A stretch of DNA of 64,000 nt from Halanaerobiales bacterium (GTDB lineage: Bacteria > Bacillota > Halanaerobiia > Halanaerobiales > DTU029). The position numbers and the translations under genes were made by a program. How positions within the stretch are numbered: position 1 is the stretch's first letter; each line of letters opens with the position of its first letter. The notes beneath the pieces were generated by a model. The model was given only the letters and a program-made list of their open reading frames with translations, made no database searches and was not told where the DNA came from. The DNA is taken from NCBI GenBank assembly GCA_046546395.1, contig JBKGXW010000001.1, positions 29,599 to 93,598 of the forward strand, read 5' to 3'. Below, piece after piece: positions 19,619 to 29,402 of this stretch.

Positions 19619-21493
19619 ATGCTTTTAAGTGTTTGTATAGTTGTTAGTGAAGGAGCAAGGTCTATTGCAAAAACAATATATAGTGCCAGTAAAATAGCAG
19701 ACGAGATAATTGTAATTGATCTGGATTCCTATGATAATACAGCAGATATAGCCAGTTCGATGGGAGCCACAGTATTTCGGATTCATAATGAATATAATCT
19801 CTGTAAGAGTAAAAATTTTGCCCGTGAAAAAGCTGCTGGAAACTGGATACTTTTTTTGGAAGCTAACGAGGAGCTATTAGATGACTATAAGCAATTGCGT
19901 CTCATGTTGAGTAATAGTAGTCAGGATGGATATTATCTGCCTGTTTCTGAACTTAATTATCTTAAAGAAAATAGGGATCACGGAGTGCAGAATTTCTCTT
20001 TACCCAGATTGTCCCTTCGTTTATATCAAAATAGGAAAAACTATAAATACAGCAATGATAGTCATCAGAGTATTACAAATTCGATTCTTAAAGAGAAAGG
20101 AGGGGCCTCTCTCAAAGTTCTTCATTTGCCCATAATAAGGAAACCTGTAGAGTCTATTCTTCCTGTAGAAATTAGGCCAGCGACTTTATATTATCTTGAA
20201 GTAGATCAGGAAATACCAATTGGCGAGAAAGCCTTTAAATATCTCAAGGAAGGGATAAAATATTTCTGGGAAAAAGACTTTCAACAGGCTAGCCGTAGTC
20301 TTTATGAAGGATATATAGAAGTAGATAAAAAATATAAGGTTTTTCTTCTTAAGAATTTCCTTTTTATACTTCTGGAAAACAGACAATATAATAGGGCAGA
20401 AAAGATTTTAAAAGATGCTATAGAGGAATATCCGGGCTATAGTATTTTCAGGTTCTGGCAGGGTTATATAGAATACATCAGGGGTGATTATAAAAAATCT
20501 ATTAATAGTTTTCAAACAATAATTGAGAATCAATTTCGTGATAAAGAAAAAAATATCAAACAAAATACCGAATTTTTACTGGGTTTAGTCTATCTAGCAG
20601 ATAATAATTATCCTGATGCAGGAAAGTTACTGAGGGAAGCCATGTGTCAATTCCCTGGTAATAGATTGATTATAAATGTATTAATCGAACTAAGTGGGTT
20701 AAATCTTTCTAAAATATATGATTATTTCAGGCCAGATGAAGCAGATAATAGAAAGAAATTTCTGCTTGTAATGGAATGTTTGAATGCCAGAAAAGAGTAT
20801 AGATTGATGGAGAAATTGATAGAACGACAGACGATCATCAGCGATAAGGAAAATATTTTACTTTATTGGAAGGGTATTATCTCTTTAAAACAGGAGTATT
20901 ATGATAGATCTTTAAGCTATTTCAAAAATATCACTCCAGATTTCAAAGATTTTAAAAAAACACTTATCTTTCAGTGGATAGTAAATCTTAATACACCAGT
21001 TAAGTTTGAGTCCAGGAGTATAGTTAATCAGATAAAACTACTTGGAGATAAAACAAATTGGAATTTAATCAATTTTTTTAATGAAATATATTTTTATCAA
21101 CATGATGTCTTTCTAAAGTTTGATAATCTTGTAGCAAAACTTAAGTTCTACAATCAGGCACTTTGTTTTTTAAATTTATTAATACAATATGGTACATGTA
21201 AGGCAATAATTATAATGCTTGAGATTTTAGAGAGCCTTCGATTTAAAAGATCTGCAGGGGATATTGGCTTTTTATTTTATATTCATGGATACAGGGAACA
21301 GGCCTACGAGTATTTGAAAAAAAGCCTGGAAATGGGTGAAACGTTCCCTGAAACAGCAATAATGTCTGAAATCTGTAACAGTATTGGAAAAAAAGAAGAA
21401 GGAAAAAAATGGTTAGATAAAACCGATATCCTCGATTTTTATAAAGAAATAAATGTCCATTGCAGGAAATTTGATCTCTTTGTCGAATATTAA
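19619..21493 (+). CDS. Family-2 glycosyltransferase fused to a long TPR-like helical-repeat domain
   Basis: The N-terminal ~100 aa (SVCIVVSEG...IIVIDLDSYDNTADIA...NFAREKAAGNWILFLEANE) form a GT2 fold. The remaining ~500 aa are helical Y/L/K-rich repeats. ATG at 19619 follows AGGTGG. Confidence 0.7.
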   Translation: MLLSVCIVVSEGARSIAKTIYSASKIADEIIVIDLDSYDNTADIASSMGATVFRIHNEYNLCKSKNFAREKAAGNWILFLEANEELLDDYKQLRLMLSNSSQDGYYLPVSELNYLKENRDHGVQNFSLPRLSLRLYQNRKNYKYSNDSHQSITNSILKEKGGASLKVLHLPIIRKPVESILPVEIRPATLYYLEVDQEIPIGEKAFKYLKEGIKYFWEKDFQQASRSLYEGYIEVDKKYKVFLLKNFLFILLENRQYNRAEKILKDAIEEYPGYSIFRFWQGYIEYIRGDYKKSINSFQTIIENQFRDKEKNIKQNTEFLLGLVYLADNNYPDAGKLLREAMCQFPGNRLIINVLIELSGLNLSKIYDYFRPDEADNRKKFLLVMECLNARKEYRLMEKLIERQTIISDKENILLYWKGIISLKQEYYDRSLSYFKNITPDFKDFKKTLIFQWIVNLNTPVKFESRSIVNQIKLLGDKTNWNLINFFNEIYFYQHDVFLKFDNLVAKLKFYNQALCFLNLLIQYGTCKAIIIMLEILESLRFKRSAGDIGFLFYIHGYREQAYEYLKKSLEMGETFPETAIMSEICNSIGKKEEGKKWLDKTDILDFYKEINVHCRKFDLFVEY

Positions 21494-21568
21494 CAAAGTC
21501 GTAACAATATTTTAACTTTATATTTAAAAAATTAAACTAATGTTAACGTTAGTAACACAATGTTAACA
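21490..21568 (+). promoter_or_regulatory. Pho-box-like array upstream of the Na/Pi cotransporter gene
   Basis: TTAACA (21490), GTAACA (21501), TTAACT (21512) and TTTAAA (21523) lie at exact 11-bp spacing. TTAACG (21543), GTAACA (21552) and TTAACA (21563) follow. This matches the PhoP TT(A/T/C)ACA direct-repeat pattern. Confidence 0.5.
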
Positions 21569-21708
21569 TTAGTCTTGTGTATAGGTGCTTTTATACAAAG
21601 TTTTTTTGTAAAGTTTTAATATTGTAAAAGTTCTTTTGTACAGGCTCTTATTCTTTCAGATTCTTATTCATTATAAGTTTATAATATTAAAAGATGGGGG
21701 AGATATTC

Positions 21709-23430
21709 TTGTCAATTGAAATGGTTTTTGGTCTTTTAGGTGGTCTCGGCCTCTTTATCTATGGTATGAAACAAATGAGCGAAGGCCTGCAGAAGGCTGC
21801 AGGTAAAAAATTGAAGAGTTTACTCGGGATGTTGACAACCAACCGTTTTGCTGGATTGGCTGTCGGTACAGCGGTTACTTCTGTTATTCAGAGTAGTAGT
21901 GCAACTACTGTTATGGTTGTTGGATTTGTAAATGCTGGATTAATGACCCTGGAACAATCCATCGGTGTAATAATGGGTGCCAACATCGGAACTACAGTTA
22001 CTGCACAATTAATTGCCTTTAAGTTGAGTCATTATTCTTTACATGCTATAGCTATCGGTGCTGCACTGTATTTATTCAGTAGGAGTGATAGGATTAAGCA
22101 GATTGGACAAATAATTTTAGGTTTCGGGATACTTTTCCTGGGTATGACTATTATGAAAGATACTATGGAGCCTTTAAAAGACTCTGAGGCATTCGTTAAT
22201 ATGATGAGGACATTTGGCGGCTCACCTATACTTGGCCTGTTGATAGGTACAAGTCTGACTATTATTTTACAGAGTAGTAGTGCCAGTATAGGTATAATCC
22301 TGAGCATGCTTTCAGTAGGAATTATCGATTTCTGGGCTGCAGTTCCATTTTTACTCGGAGGAAATATTGGTACAACCATAACGGCTATTCTATCGAGTAT
22401 CGGTGCAAATAAAAGCGCAAAGCAGGCAGCAGCTGCCCACTTTATCTTCAATCTCCTGGGAGCAGGTATAATTCTATCTTTATTCTATTTGATACCTAAT
22501 TTTGCTGATAATATACATACAATCGTTTACTCGATGACTATGTGGTTCCAGCGAACTTTTTATCCTGCAATTCGTGCCTTTTATCAATTATTCCAGCAGG
22601 ATGTAAGTAATATGGTGATTGGAGAACCCTCTCCTGAGCGTTTACTGGCTAATACACATACAATGTTTAATATTCTTAATACATTGGTCTGGATACCATT
22701 TACTGGCTTTATAGTATTAATAGTTCGCAAAATGGTGCCTGGTGAAGAACTAACTATTAAGCGGGGCTTAAATTTCCTTGATGAACGTATGCTGGAGACA
22801 CCCGGTTTTGCTATTGATCAATTAAAGGCTGAAGTTTTAAGGATGTATGATATAGCTGCTGAAATGGTTGAAGAAACTGCTGAAACTTTTAAGAACTATG
22901 ATTATGATATAGTCAAATCTGTAGAACATAAGGAAGATGTTATTAACGAGTTGGAAGAGGAACTGGTCCAATTTATAACTAAGTTTCCACGCAACTCCAT
23001 GACTGAGGAAGATATCATGACTGTAGATATGTACTATGCTATGATTGATGATATTGAAAGTTTTGCTGACGACACGCAGGATATTGTGGAACTGGCTAGA
23101 TACAAAAAGGAGAATAAGATAGAGTTTTCAGAAGAAGCATGGGAAACCTTTGAAGAAAGCTTTGTAAATATCAATGAAATGATGGGTAATACACGGTCGT
23201 TAATTGAGAAGTATGATGATATCCTGGCTGAAAAAGTATTGAATGGTGAAGAACGTATGGATAGATATCAGATCGAAAGCCGTAATGGCCATATGGAAAG
23301 ATTGGGTATGGGTATCTGTGATCCAAATGCCGGAATAGTTTATCTTGAGGCGATGGATGATCTGGAGCATATCAGTGATCAACTGGCAGATATTACTCAT
23401 AGTATACTTGAGGGAACAGGTAGAAAATAG
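21709..23430 (+). CDS. Na+/phosphate cotransporter family protein with C-terminal PhoU-like domain
   Basis: Duplicated QSSSAT/QSSSAS Na/Pi-cotransporter motifs and a C-terminal helical PhoU-like region. The start is uncertain: ATG 21694, TTG 21709 (5 nt after GGGGGAG) or ATG 21721. Confidence 0.85.
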   Translation: MSIEMVFGLLGGLGLFIYGMKQMSEGLQKAAGKKLKSLLGMLTTNRFAGLAVGTAVTSVIQSSSATTVMVVGFVNAGLMTLEQSIGVIMGANIGTTVTAQLIAFKLSHYSLHAIAIGAALYLFSRSDRIKQIGQIILGFGILFLGMTIMKDTMEPLKDSEAFVNMMRTFGGSPILGLLIGTSLTIILQSSSASIGIILSMLSVGIIDFWAAVPFLLGGNIGTTITAILSSIGANKSAKQAAAAHFIFNLLGAGIILSLFYLIPNFADNIHTIVYSMTMWFQRTFYPAIRAFYQLFQQDVSNMVIGEPSPERLLANTHTMFNILNTLVWIPFTGFIVLIVRKMVPGEELTIKRGLNFLDERMLETPGFAIDQLKAEVLRMYDIAAEMVEETAETFKNYDYDIVKSVEHKEDVINELEEELVQFITKFPRNSMTEEDIMTVDMYYAMIDDIESFADDTQDIVELARYKKENKIEFSEEAWETFEESFVNINEMMGNTRSLIEKYDDILAEKVLNGEERMDRYQIESRNGHMERLGMGICDPNAGIVYLEAMDDLEHISDQLADITHSILEGTGRK

Positions 23431-23547
23431 CGTTTGATGAAGCAAGAGTATGCAAAGGGCTATAATGTTACCTGTAGTACTATTTTTCGAGTCTATAATA
23501 CAATTCATATATACCGTTTAAATATATTTAATACAGTCTTAAAAAAT

Positions 23548-23577
23548 AAGACTCCTTTTCAGAGGGGTCTTTTTTTG
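23548..23577 (+). terminator. Rho-independent terminator
   Basis: AAGACTCC ... GGGGTCTT stem (one G-U pair) followed by a T7 tract. Confidence 0.7.
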
Positions 23578-23711
23578 TTATAATGAAGAAAATTACAGAA
23601 TTTTAATGTTTTAATTTATAAAAGCTATATGGATGGTGTTGAATGGAAGTTAATTTAATAATGTATTTGTAATTATCAAAAGTAGATTACTAGAACAAAT
23701 AGGAGGTTATA

Positions 23712-24401
23712 ATGAAGAAAATTCTTGTTATTGATGATGAGGAGAATATCAGGGAGCTTGTTAAATTTAATCTTGAGGCAGCTGGCTATAATGTTATTCT
23801 TGCAGCCGATGGACAGCAGGGACTTGAAAAACTTGATAGTTCTATTGAACTGATTGTTCTGGATTTGATGCTTCCTGTACTTGATGGATTGACAGTATGC
23901 CGTAAGATAAGAAGTGATGTTCAGTATCAGAATATACCTATAATTATGTTAACAGCAAGGGGTGAGGAAGTAGATAAGGTACTGGGACTGGAATTGGGTG
24001 CTGATGATTATCTGACAAAACCCTTTAGCCCCAGGGAGCTTACTGCCAGGGTAAAAGCGATTTTGAGAAGAGTGGTATCCACTAAGGATCAGAATGATAA
24101 GCAGGAAAGGTCTCTAATAGCAAGAGGAGATCTTGAGTTTAATATATTGAGTCATGAAGTAAGGAAATCAGGGAAATTAATGGATCTGACTCCAAAAGAA
24201 TTTGATCTTCTGAGAATGCTCCTGGTAAATGAAGGCAAGGTGCTGACCAGGGATTTGCTACTAGAGAAAATTTGGGGTTATGAATATGCTGGTGACACCA
24301 GGACAGTTGATGTACATATCAGGAGATTGAGGAAAAAAATTGGGGAAGATTATATTATTACTGTAAGAGGGGTGGGGTATAAGATTGCTAAATTGGAATA
24401 A
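23712..24401 (+). CDS. phoP: OmpR/PhoB-family response regulator (PhoP-like)
   Basis: Receiver domain (ILVIDDE...DLMLP, phospho-acceptor Asp, ...LTA...K) plus a winged-helix effector domain (LTPKEFDLL...RTVDVHIRRLRKK). It lies within a phosphate gene block. Confidence 0.8.
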   Translation: MKKILVIDDEENIRELVKFNLEAAGYNVILAADGQQGLEKLDSSIELIVLDLMLPVLDGLTVCRKIRSDVQYQNIPIIMLTARGEEVDKVLGLELGADDYLTKPFSPRELTARVKAILRRVVSTKDQNDKQERSLIARGDLEFNILSHEVRKSGKLMDLTPKEFDLLRMLLVNEGKVLTRDLLLEKIWGYEYAGDTRTVDVHIRRLRKKIGEDYIITVRGVGYKIAKLE

Positions 24402-26169
24402 ATACAGCTTGAGAAAACAACTTGTGATACTTTTTTTAATTGTTCAGTTAATTCTATTGTTTGGTTTAATGATTTATTATAACTATAATCAGCGGCAGTC
24501 ATATCTTGAACAATTAAAGAATAGTCTTTACAACCAGGCAATTCTCATCAAAGAGTTCAAAACCAGCAACATGAATCAGATTTCTTCTATTGTTATTGAT
24601 CAATGGTCAAAGGAAATGGGAGAAAAGATTGATAAAAGGATTACTATTATAGATAGAGATGGCATTGTCGTTGCTGATTCAGATTATAGTCCTGAAGAGA
24701 TGGATAATCACATTGACCGTCCTGAAATACAGGATATACTGGAAGGACAGGATATCGGGACTGCTATTCGTCAGAGTGATACGCTGAATATAGATATGTA
24801 TTATCTTGCAGTACCGATAAGAGATGGGGATTCTCTGACAGGTTTTATACGCTTAAGTGAGTCTCTAGAAGATATCAATCAAATTATTAGTGCTAATATA
24901 ACAAGTAATTTGATATTTTTCTTTTTTATGTTTTTATTAACACTTTTGCTGGTATGGAAGTTAACGAAAGATATAATTAACCCTTTGAGCCAGATAACTA
25001 GAATTGCTGACAATCTTTCCAGGGGTAATTTTCAGGATAAGATAAAGATTAAGGACTATAATAACGAAATTGGTACACTGGCCAGGGTTTTTAATAACAT
25101 GGCAACACAGTTAGAAAGTAATATTAATCAAATTTCTGAAGAGAAAAATAGGGCAGAGGCAATCTTGAAGAGTATGGTTGATGGGTTAATTGCAGCCGAT
25201 ATTAATTTAAAAATAAGGGTTATCAATCCAGCAGCAAAGAAGATCTTTGATCTGGCTGACGTTGATGTTAAGGGGAATAGAGTAATTGAGATTTTTCGTC
25301 ATCACGAGATCGAACATTCGCTGGATAAGGCGATGAAAGAAAACACTGTACTTACAAAAGAAATAATAATTCAAAAGGCAGAAATCAGGACTCTGAGGTG
25401 TAACTTTGTGCCGATTAATAATGAACAGGGTATAGTTACAGGTGGTATAGTAGTTTTTAATGATATTACAGAATTGAGAAGGCTGGAGCAGATGAGAAAA
25501 GAATTTGTAGCAAATGTTTCTCATGAACTGCGAACTCCTCTTACTTCAATAATAGGATATGTTGATACTATACTTGAAAACGATATCGATGATATGACTA
25601 CCATTGAAAGATTTTTGTATATTATAAAAAAAGAAGCAGACAGGTTAGCAATATTGATTAAGGATTTACTGGATTTATCAAAATTGGAAGGGAAAAATAA
25701 ATATGTCTTAAGACCGGGATTGCTGAATAATATAGTCGATAAAATCGTTAATATTCTCAAAGAAAAAGCACGGAAAAAGGGTATAGAAATTAAAACAGAG
25801 CTTTCTTCTGATTTTATGGTTTATATGATACCAGAACAGATAGAACAGGTCTTTATAAATCTTGTAGATAATGCAATTAAGTATACAGCAGAAGGTGGAC
25901 TTATTGTAGTGAGGGTGTACTATAGGTATGATAAAGTGGTTGTAGAAATCAGTGATAATGGTATAGGTATTCCCCCAGAAGAACAGGAAAGGATATTTGA
26001 GAGGTTTTACAGGGTAGATAAAGCAAGAGCGCGGCACTTTGGCGGGACCGGTATTGGCTTATCCATTGTTAAACATGTGATTCAGAACCACAATAACAAG
26101 ATTGAAGTAGATAGTCAGCCAGATAAAGGGTCGACCTTCCGGTTTTATCTTGATAAAGTGAAACCTTAG
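24385..26169 (+). CDS. phoR: Sensor histidine kinase (PhoR-like: TM-extracytoplasmic-TM-HAMP-PAS-HisKA-HATPase)
   Basis: H-box FVANVSHELRTPLTSI, N-box NLVDNAIKYT and G-boxes DNGIGI / GGTGIGLSIV. The TTG start overlaps the phoP stop. Confidence 0.8.
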   Translation: MLNWNKYSLRKQLVILFLIVQLILLFGLMIYYNYNQRQSYLEQLKNSLYNQAILIKEFKTSNMNQISSIVIDQWSKEMGEKIDKRITIIDRDGIVVADSDYSPEEMDNHIDRPEIQDILEGQDIGTAIRQSDTLNIDMYYLAVPIRDGDSLTGFIRLSESLEDINQIISANITSNLIFFFFMFLLTLLLVWKLTKDIINPLSQITRIADNLSRGNFQDKIKIKDYNNEIGTLARVFNNMATQLESNINQISEEKNRAEAILKSMVDGLIAADINLKIRVINPAAKKIFDLADVDVKGNRVIEIFRHHEIEHSLDKAMKENTVLTKEIIIQKAEIRTLRCNFVPINNEQGIVTGGIVVFNDITELRRLEQMRKEFVANVSHELRTPLTSIIGYVDTILENDIDDMTTIERFLYIIKKEADRLAILIKDLLDLSKLEGKNKYVLRPGLLNNIVDKIVNILKEKARKKGIEIKTELSSDFMVYMIPEQIEQVFINLVDNAIKYTAEGGLIVVRVYYRYDKVVVEISDNGIGIPPEEQERIFERFYRVDKARARHFGGTGIGLSIVKHVIQNHNNKIEVDSQPDKGSTFRFYLDKVKP

Positions 26170-26889
26170 TACTAGATTTGTAAAACTAAATATTATTTAT
26201 CATAAAAAGATGTTTTCTTCTATAATGAGGAAAGCATCTTTATTTATATATTGCTTCCTTCTTTTTTTATTTAGTATTATTTTAATATCTAATATACCCC
26301 TGAATACTGTTATTAAGGTGATCTCAGGGGTTATTTTATTTATGGAAAAATGTACAATAAAAAAAAGAAAGGAATTTGTCGAAGTCCGAAGAATATATAA
26401 TTTAGACAAGAAAGTAAATAAAAGAAAAAGGTAATAGTAAAATACTTTCTTTATTAAAAATTCTTCAAAAGTAAAAAAATGTCACAATATAGTCAAACTC
26501 CATTATAACATATTATTTCATGTCCAGGAAATTATGTTTTTTATAGATGATTTCCTACATTCAACAAAATGTCATTGATTTGATTATGGACGTAGGCTAA
26601 TTTATTACTTAATTTGAAGACTTAGAATACTGTCAAAAGTCTTATCATCTCCAGCTAAATAGTGGTAGAAAGGAGGTGTCCCCCGGTCCACGCGGTGTAA
26701 AGAGGTGATAGGGTTCTATATATAGTTCATTGAAAACTAAAAAAGGGAACAGGTGAAATGAGGAAACGAGGATACTCATGGACAGGTTTCCCTGAGGTTG
26801 GAAATGAGCTTTAGAACTGCTTTATTGTATCAAAGTAAATTAATATTAAAAAAAACTCATTTAAAACAATCAAGGGGGAAATAATTATT

Positions 26890-29067
26890 ATGAAGAAATA
26901 TAGTGCTATTATTACAATCTTATTAGTATTAACAATGACAGTTTCTACATTTGCTGGTTCATTTGCAGATGTTCCCAATAATCACTGGGCTTATGAAGCT
27001 GTTAATAAGCTGGTAGCTTCTGGTCTAGTTCAGGGTTATCCTGATGGAACATTCAAAGGGCAAAATGATTTAAGCCGTTATGAAATTGCTGTTATGATTG
27101 CTCGCTTACTGGAAGATGTTGAAGAGGCTCGCAGAGAGTTAGTTGACCAGGCAGATTTTATGGTTAATGACGCTCTAATCGAAGCTAATTCTGGTCTGAG
27201 CGAAGCTGAAGCTGAGGAAGTTAAGGCTATTCTTGAAACTGTTATTGAACAAAATCAAGCTGAAGCCTCTGAAGAAGCTTCTGAACCACAGAAGCTGTCT
27301 GCAGGTCAAGCTGGTGAGGTAATGACTATTGTTGGTGACCTTGCTTCTGAATTTAATGCCGAGTTAGAAACTATGGGTGTTAAGGTGGCTTCTCTAGAAG
27401 ATAGAGTTGAAGACTTAGAAACAATTACTTTCAATGGTGAATACAAAGCTGAATTCAAACATGTTGAAAGTGACAATGATGCTTATGATAATCCATTTAA
27501 CGCCGGAGATGCTATCGACACTGATGAAGATACCTTTAATCACTCAGTAGATCTTAATGTAGCAATTGACAAAGCTCCTTTAAGTGCTGATCTTGATCTT
27601 GAAGCAACTACTGAAGGTCTGGGTATTGACGACCATGACAGCAATGGTTTTAATCTTGAATCAATATCTGCTGTTATTACTGGTCCTGAATTTGTTGCAA
27701 CTATCAAAGAAGGACAGGAAGAAAAAGTGAGAGATTATCTATTTGATGCGCATATGGATGATGATGACTTAATTAATGGTACCAATGGTATTAAATTAGA
27801 AACCATGGGAGAAACCTATCTCTTAACTGGATTTGAACTTGGTGAAGATGATGAAGATAACATGTCTGCTAATGATCATTATGCATTTGCTGGTACCAAC
27901 AAATTAGAAACTCTAGCTGACATTAACTTCGTATATGGTTTCGAAGTCGGTACTGACGAATTAATAAAAGCAAACAATAATGTATTTGGTCTATATAGAA
28001 CATTTGACTTTGCTGGATTTGATGTAACTCCTGAATTAGCTATTAGTAACACTGATCTAGAAGAATTGTACTTTACCCTTAATGCTGAAGGTAATGTTGG
28101 CAATATTGATACTACTTTCAATTTCAAGAACATTGAAGAAGCATTCGAACCTGTTTATGCTGATGTTGATGCAGCAGAAGGTTATGACATTAAAGGTGAA
28201 AAAAACGTAGGTATTGTTGACCTGGTTGCTTTCCATGAAGACTATGGTAATCCATTTACCTATGTTGAAGGTGAAGTAACAGAAGCTAATGGTATTGAAG
28301 TAGTAGGATTTAATGTATTTGGTAATGCTGCCTTCAGAACCTATAGTGACGCAACAAATGCAACAAGTGAATTAGTAACTGTACAGGCAAAAAATAGCTA
28401 TGGTAAACTTGATGTTCTGGGTAAAGTAGAACACCAGGAAACAACTAATCAATTTGATGTAGAAGATGGTGACATTGGTAAAGATGATGACACTTATGAA
28501 ACAGAAGAAGACAAGCTAGATACAAGTATTGATCTTGACTACGCTTTCAGTAATTCCTTAAAAGCTGGTGCATTCTACAAATGGAATCAGGATATGAACA
28601 TGTCAGAACATGTTTACAATGTAGACTACGCTAGAGGTATTGTAACAGCTGGTGCTGAAATGAAAATTGAAGCTGATGAAAACCACGTTTATGCTGGTCT
28701 GAATGCCGACAAAGCTGAGTCTTACGACATCTTAGCAATGAATGTAACTCCTTATGCTCAGTACAAATTCTGGGATAAAGATGTTAACACAACAAACCTA
28801 CTGGCTGGTGTTGAAACAAGCAAAGCAGTTAACGAATATGCAACTCTAACTGCAGCTTACGAATATGCTAGTTATGAAGAAGATGATGACTTTGGTGATG
28901 ACACATTTAATGCAGGTACTCTATTAACTACCAAGTTAGGTGCTTCTTATAAAATCACTGAAGATGTATCAGCTAATGCTGATTACAGAAACCTGAACTT
29001 TGATGGTGACACTGCTCAGGATTATCAGGCTGACGAAGTTACAGCTGGTGTTAGTGTATCATTCTAA
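26890..29067 (+). CDS. OmpM-type outer-membrane protein: signal peptide, SLH domain, coiled coil and C-terminal beta-barrel
   Basis: Signal peptide ...STFAGSFA. SLH motif DVPNNHWAYEAVNKLVASGLVQGYPDGTFKGQNDLSRYEIAVMIARLL. An Ala/Glu coiled coil, then about 550 aa of alternating aromatic/polar beta-strand pattern ending in ...GVSVSF. The protein is very acidic. Confidence 0.8.
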   Translation: MKKYSAIITILLVLTMTVSTFAGSFADVPNNHWAYEAVNKLVASGLVQGYPDGTFKGQNDLSRYEIAVMIARLLEDVEEARRELVDQADFMVNDALIEANSGLSEAEAEEVKAILETVIEQNQAEASEEASEPQKLSAGQAGEVMTIVGDLASEFNAELETMGVKVASLEDRVEDLETITFNGEYKAEFKHVESDNDAYDNPFNAGDAIDTDEDTFNHSVDLNVAIDKAPLSADLDLEATTEGLGIDDHDSNGFNLESISAVITGPEFVATIKEGQEEKVRDYLFDAHMDDDDLINGTNGIKLETMGETYLLTGFELGEDDEDNMSANDHYAFAGTNKLETLADINFVYGFEVGTDELIKANNNVFGLYRTFDFAGFDVTPELAISNTDLEELYFTLNAEGNVGNIDTTFNFKNIEEAFEPVYADVDAAEGYDIKGEKNVGIVDLVAFHEDYGNPFTYVEGEVTEANGIEVVGFNVFGNAAFRTYSDATNATSELVTVQAKNSYGKLDVLGKVEHQETTNQFDVEDGDIGKDDDTYETEEDKLDTSIDLDYAFSNSLKAGAFYKWNQDMNMSEHVYNVDYARGIVTAGAEMKIEADENHVYAGLNADKAESYDILAMNVTPYAQYKFWDKDVNTTNLLAGVETSKAVNEYATLTAAYEYASYEEDDDFGDDTFNAGTLLTTKLGASYKITEDVSANADYRNLNFDGDTAQDYQADEVTAGVSVSF

Positions 29068-29116
29068 GTAAGTCTACTTGTATAGTTCATGAATAGTTAA
29101 ATAATAAATACACAGG

Positions 29117-29143
29117 CCCTCCGGGAAACCGGGGGGTTTTTTT
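29117..29143 (+). terminator. Rho-independent terminator of the OmpM gene
   Basis: CCCTCCGG-GAAA-CCGGGGGG stem-loop followed by T7. Confidence 0.8.
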
Positions 29144-29167
29144 ATGTTTATTAACACAGACCAATTT

Positions 29168-29217
29168 GTCACAAATTGTTAATACTAACTTCACATATAT
29201 TTAACATTTTTGCAATA
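29168..29217 (+). promoter_or_regulatory. Pho-box-like array upstream of the EAL-CBS gene
   Basis: GTCACA (29168), TTAATA (29179), TTCACA (29190), TTAACA (29201) and GCAATA (29212) lie at exact 11-bp periodicity. I could not pick a convincing -10 element. Confidence 0.4.
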
Positions 29218-29402
29218 AGCAATTAATCTTTTTCTCTTATAATTAAAACTGAGATAATAAAATCCAGGGGAGTGATATGGTTTTGCACTTTTTTTATTAG
29301 CCTGCTCATAATATATAATACTTTTAAATTTAGAGATACTTCCGGTCTAACAATGGATATTGCAACATGAACATTAAAGATTGACTTTAATGAGGTGGTA
29401 AT

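Noticed and set aside
19926-20135. 69-aa alternate-frame ORF inside the GT2-TPR gene
   Set aside because: It is embedded in a longer supported frame and has no independent signals.
26200-26434. Overlapping 69-aa (minus) and 74-aa (plus) ORFs after phoR
   Set aside because: Neither has a Shine-Dalgarno sequence. Both are products of an AT-rich tract. The plus-strand ORF looks membrane-like, but that is expected from T-rich codons.
26668-26715. 10-codon mini-ORF (GTG TCC CCC GGT CCA CGC GGT GTA AAG AGG TGA) and a TAGGGTTC guanidine-I/ykkC-like element in the ompM leader
   Set aside because: The GTG is part of the putative SD sequence itself. The ykkC-like words are in the wrong order and lack the remaining conserved blocks. 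The segment is kept only as an unexplained GC-rich part of the leader in the OmpM finding.
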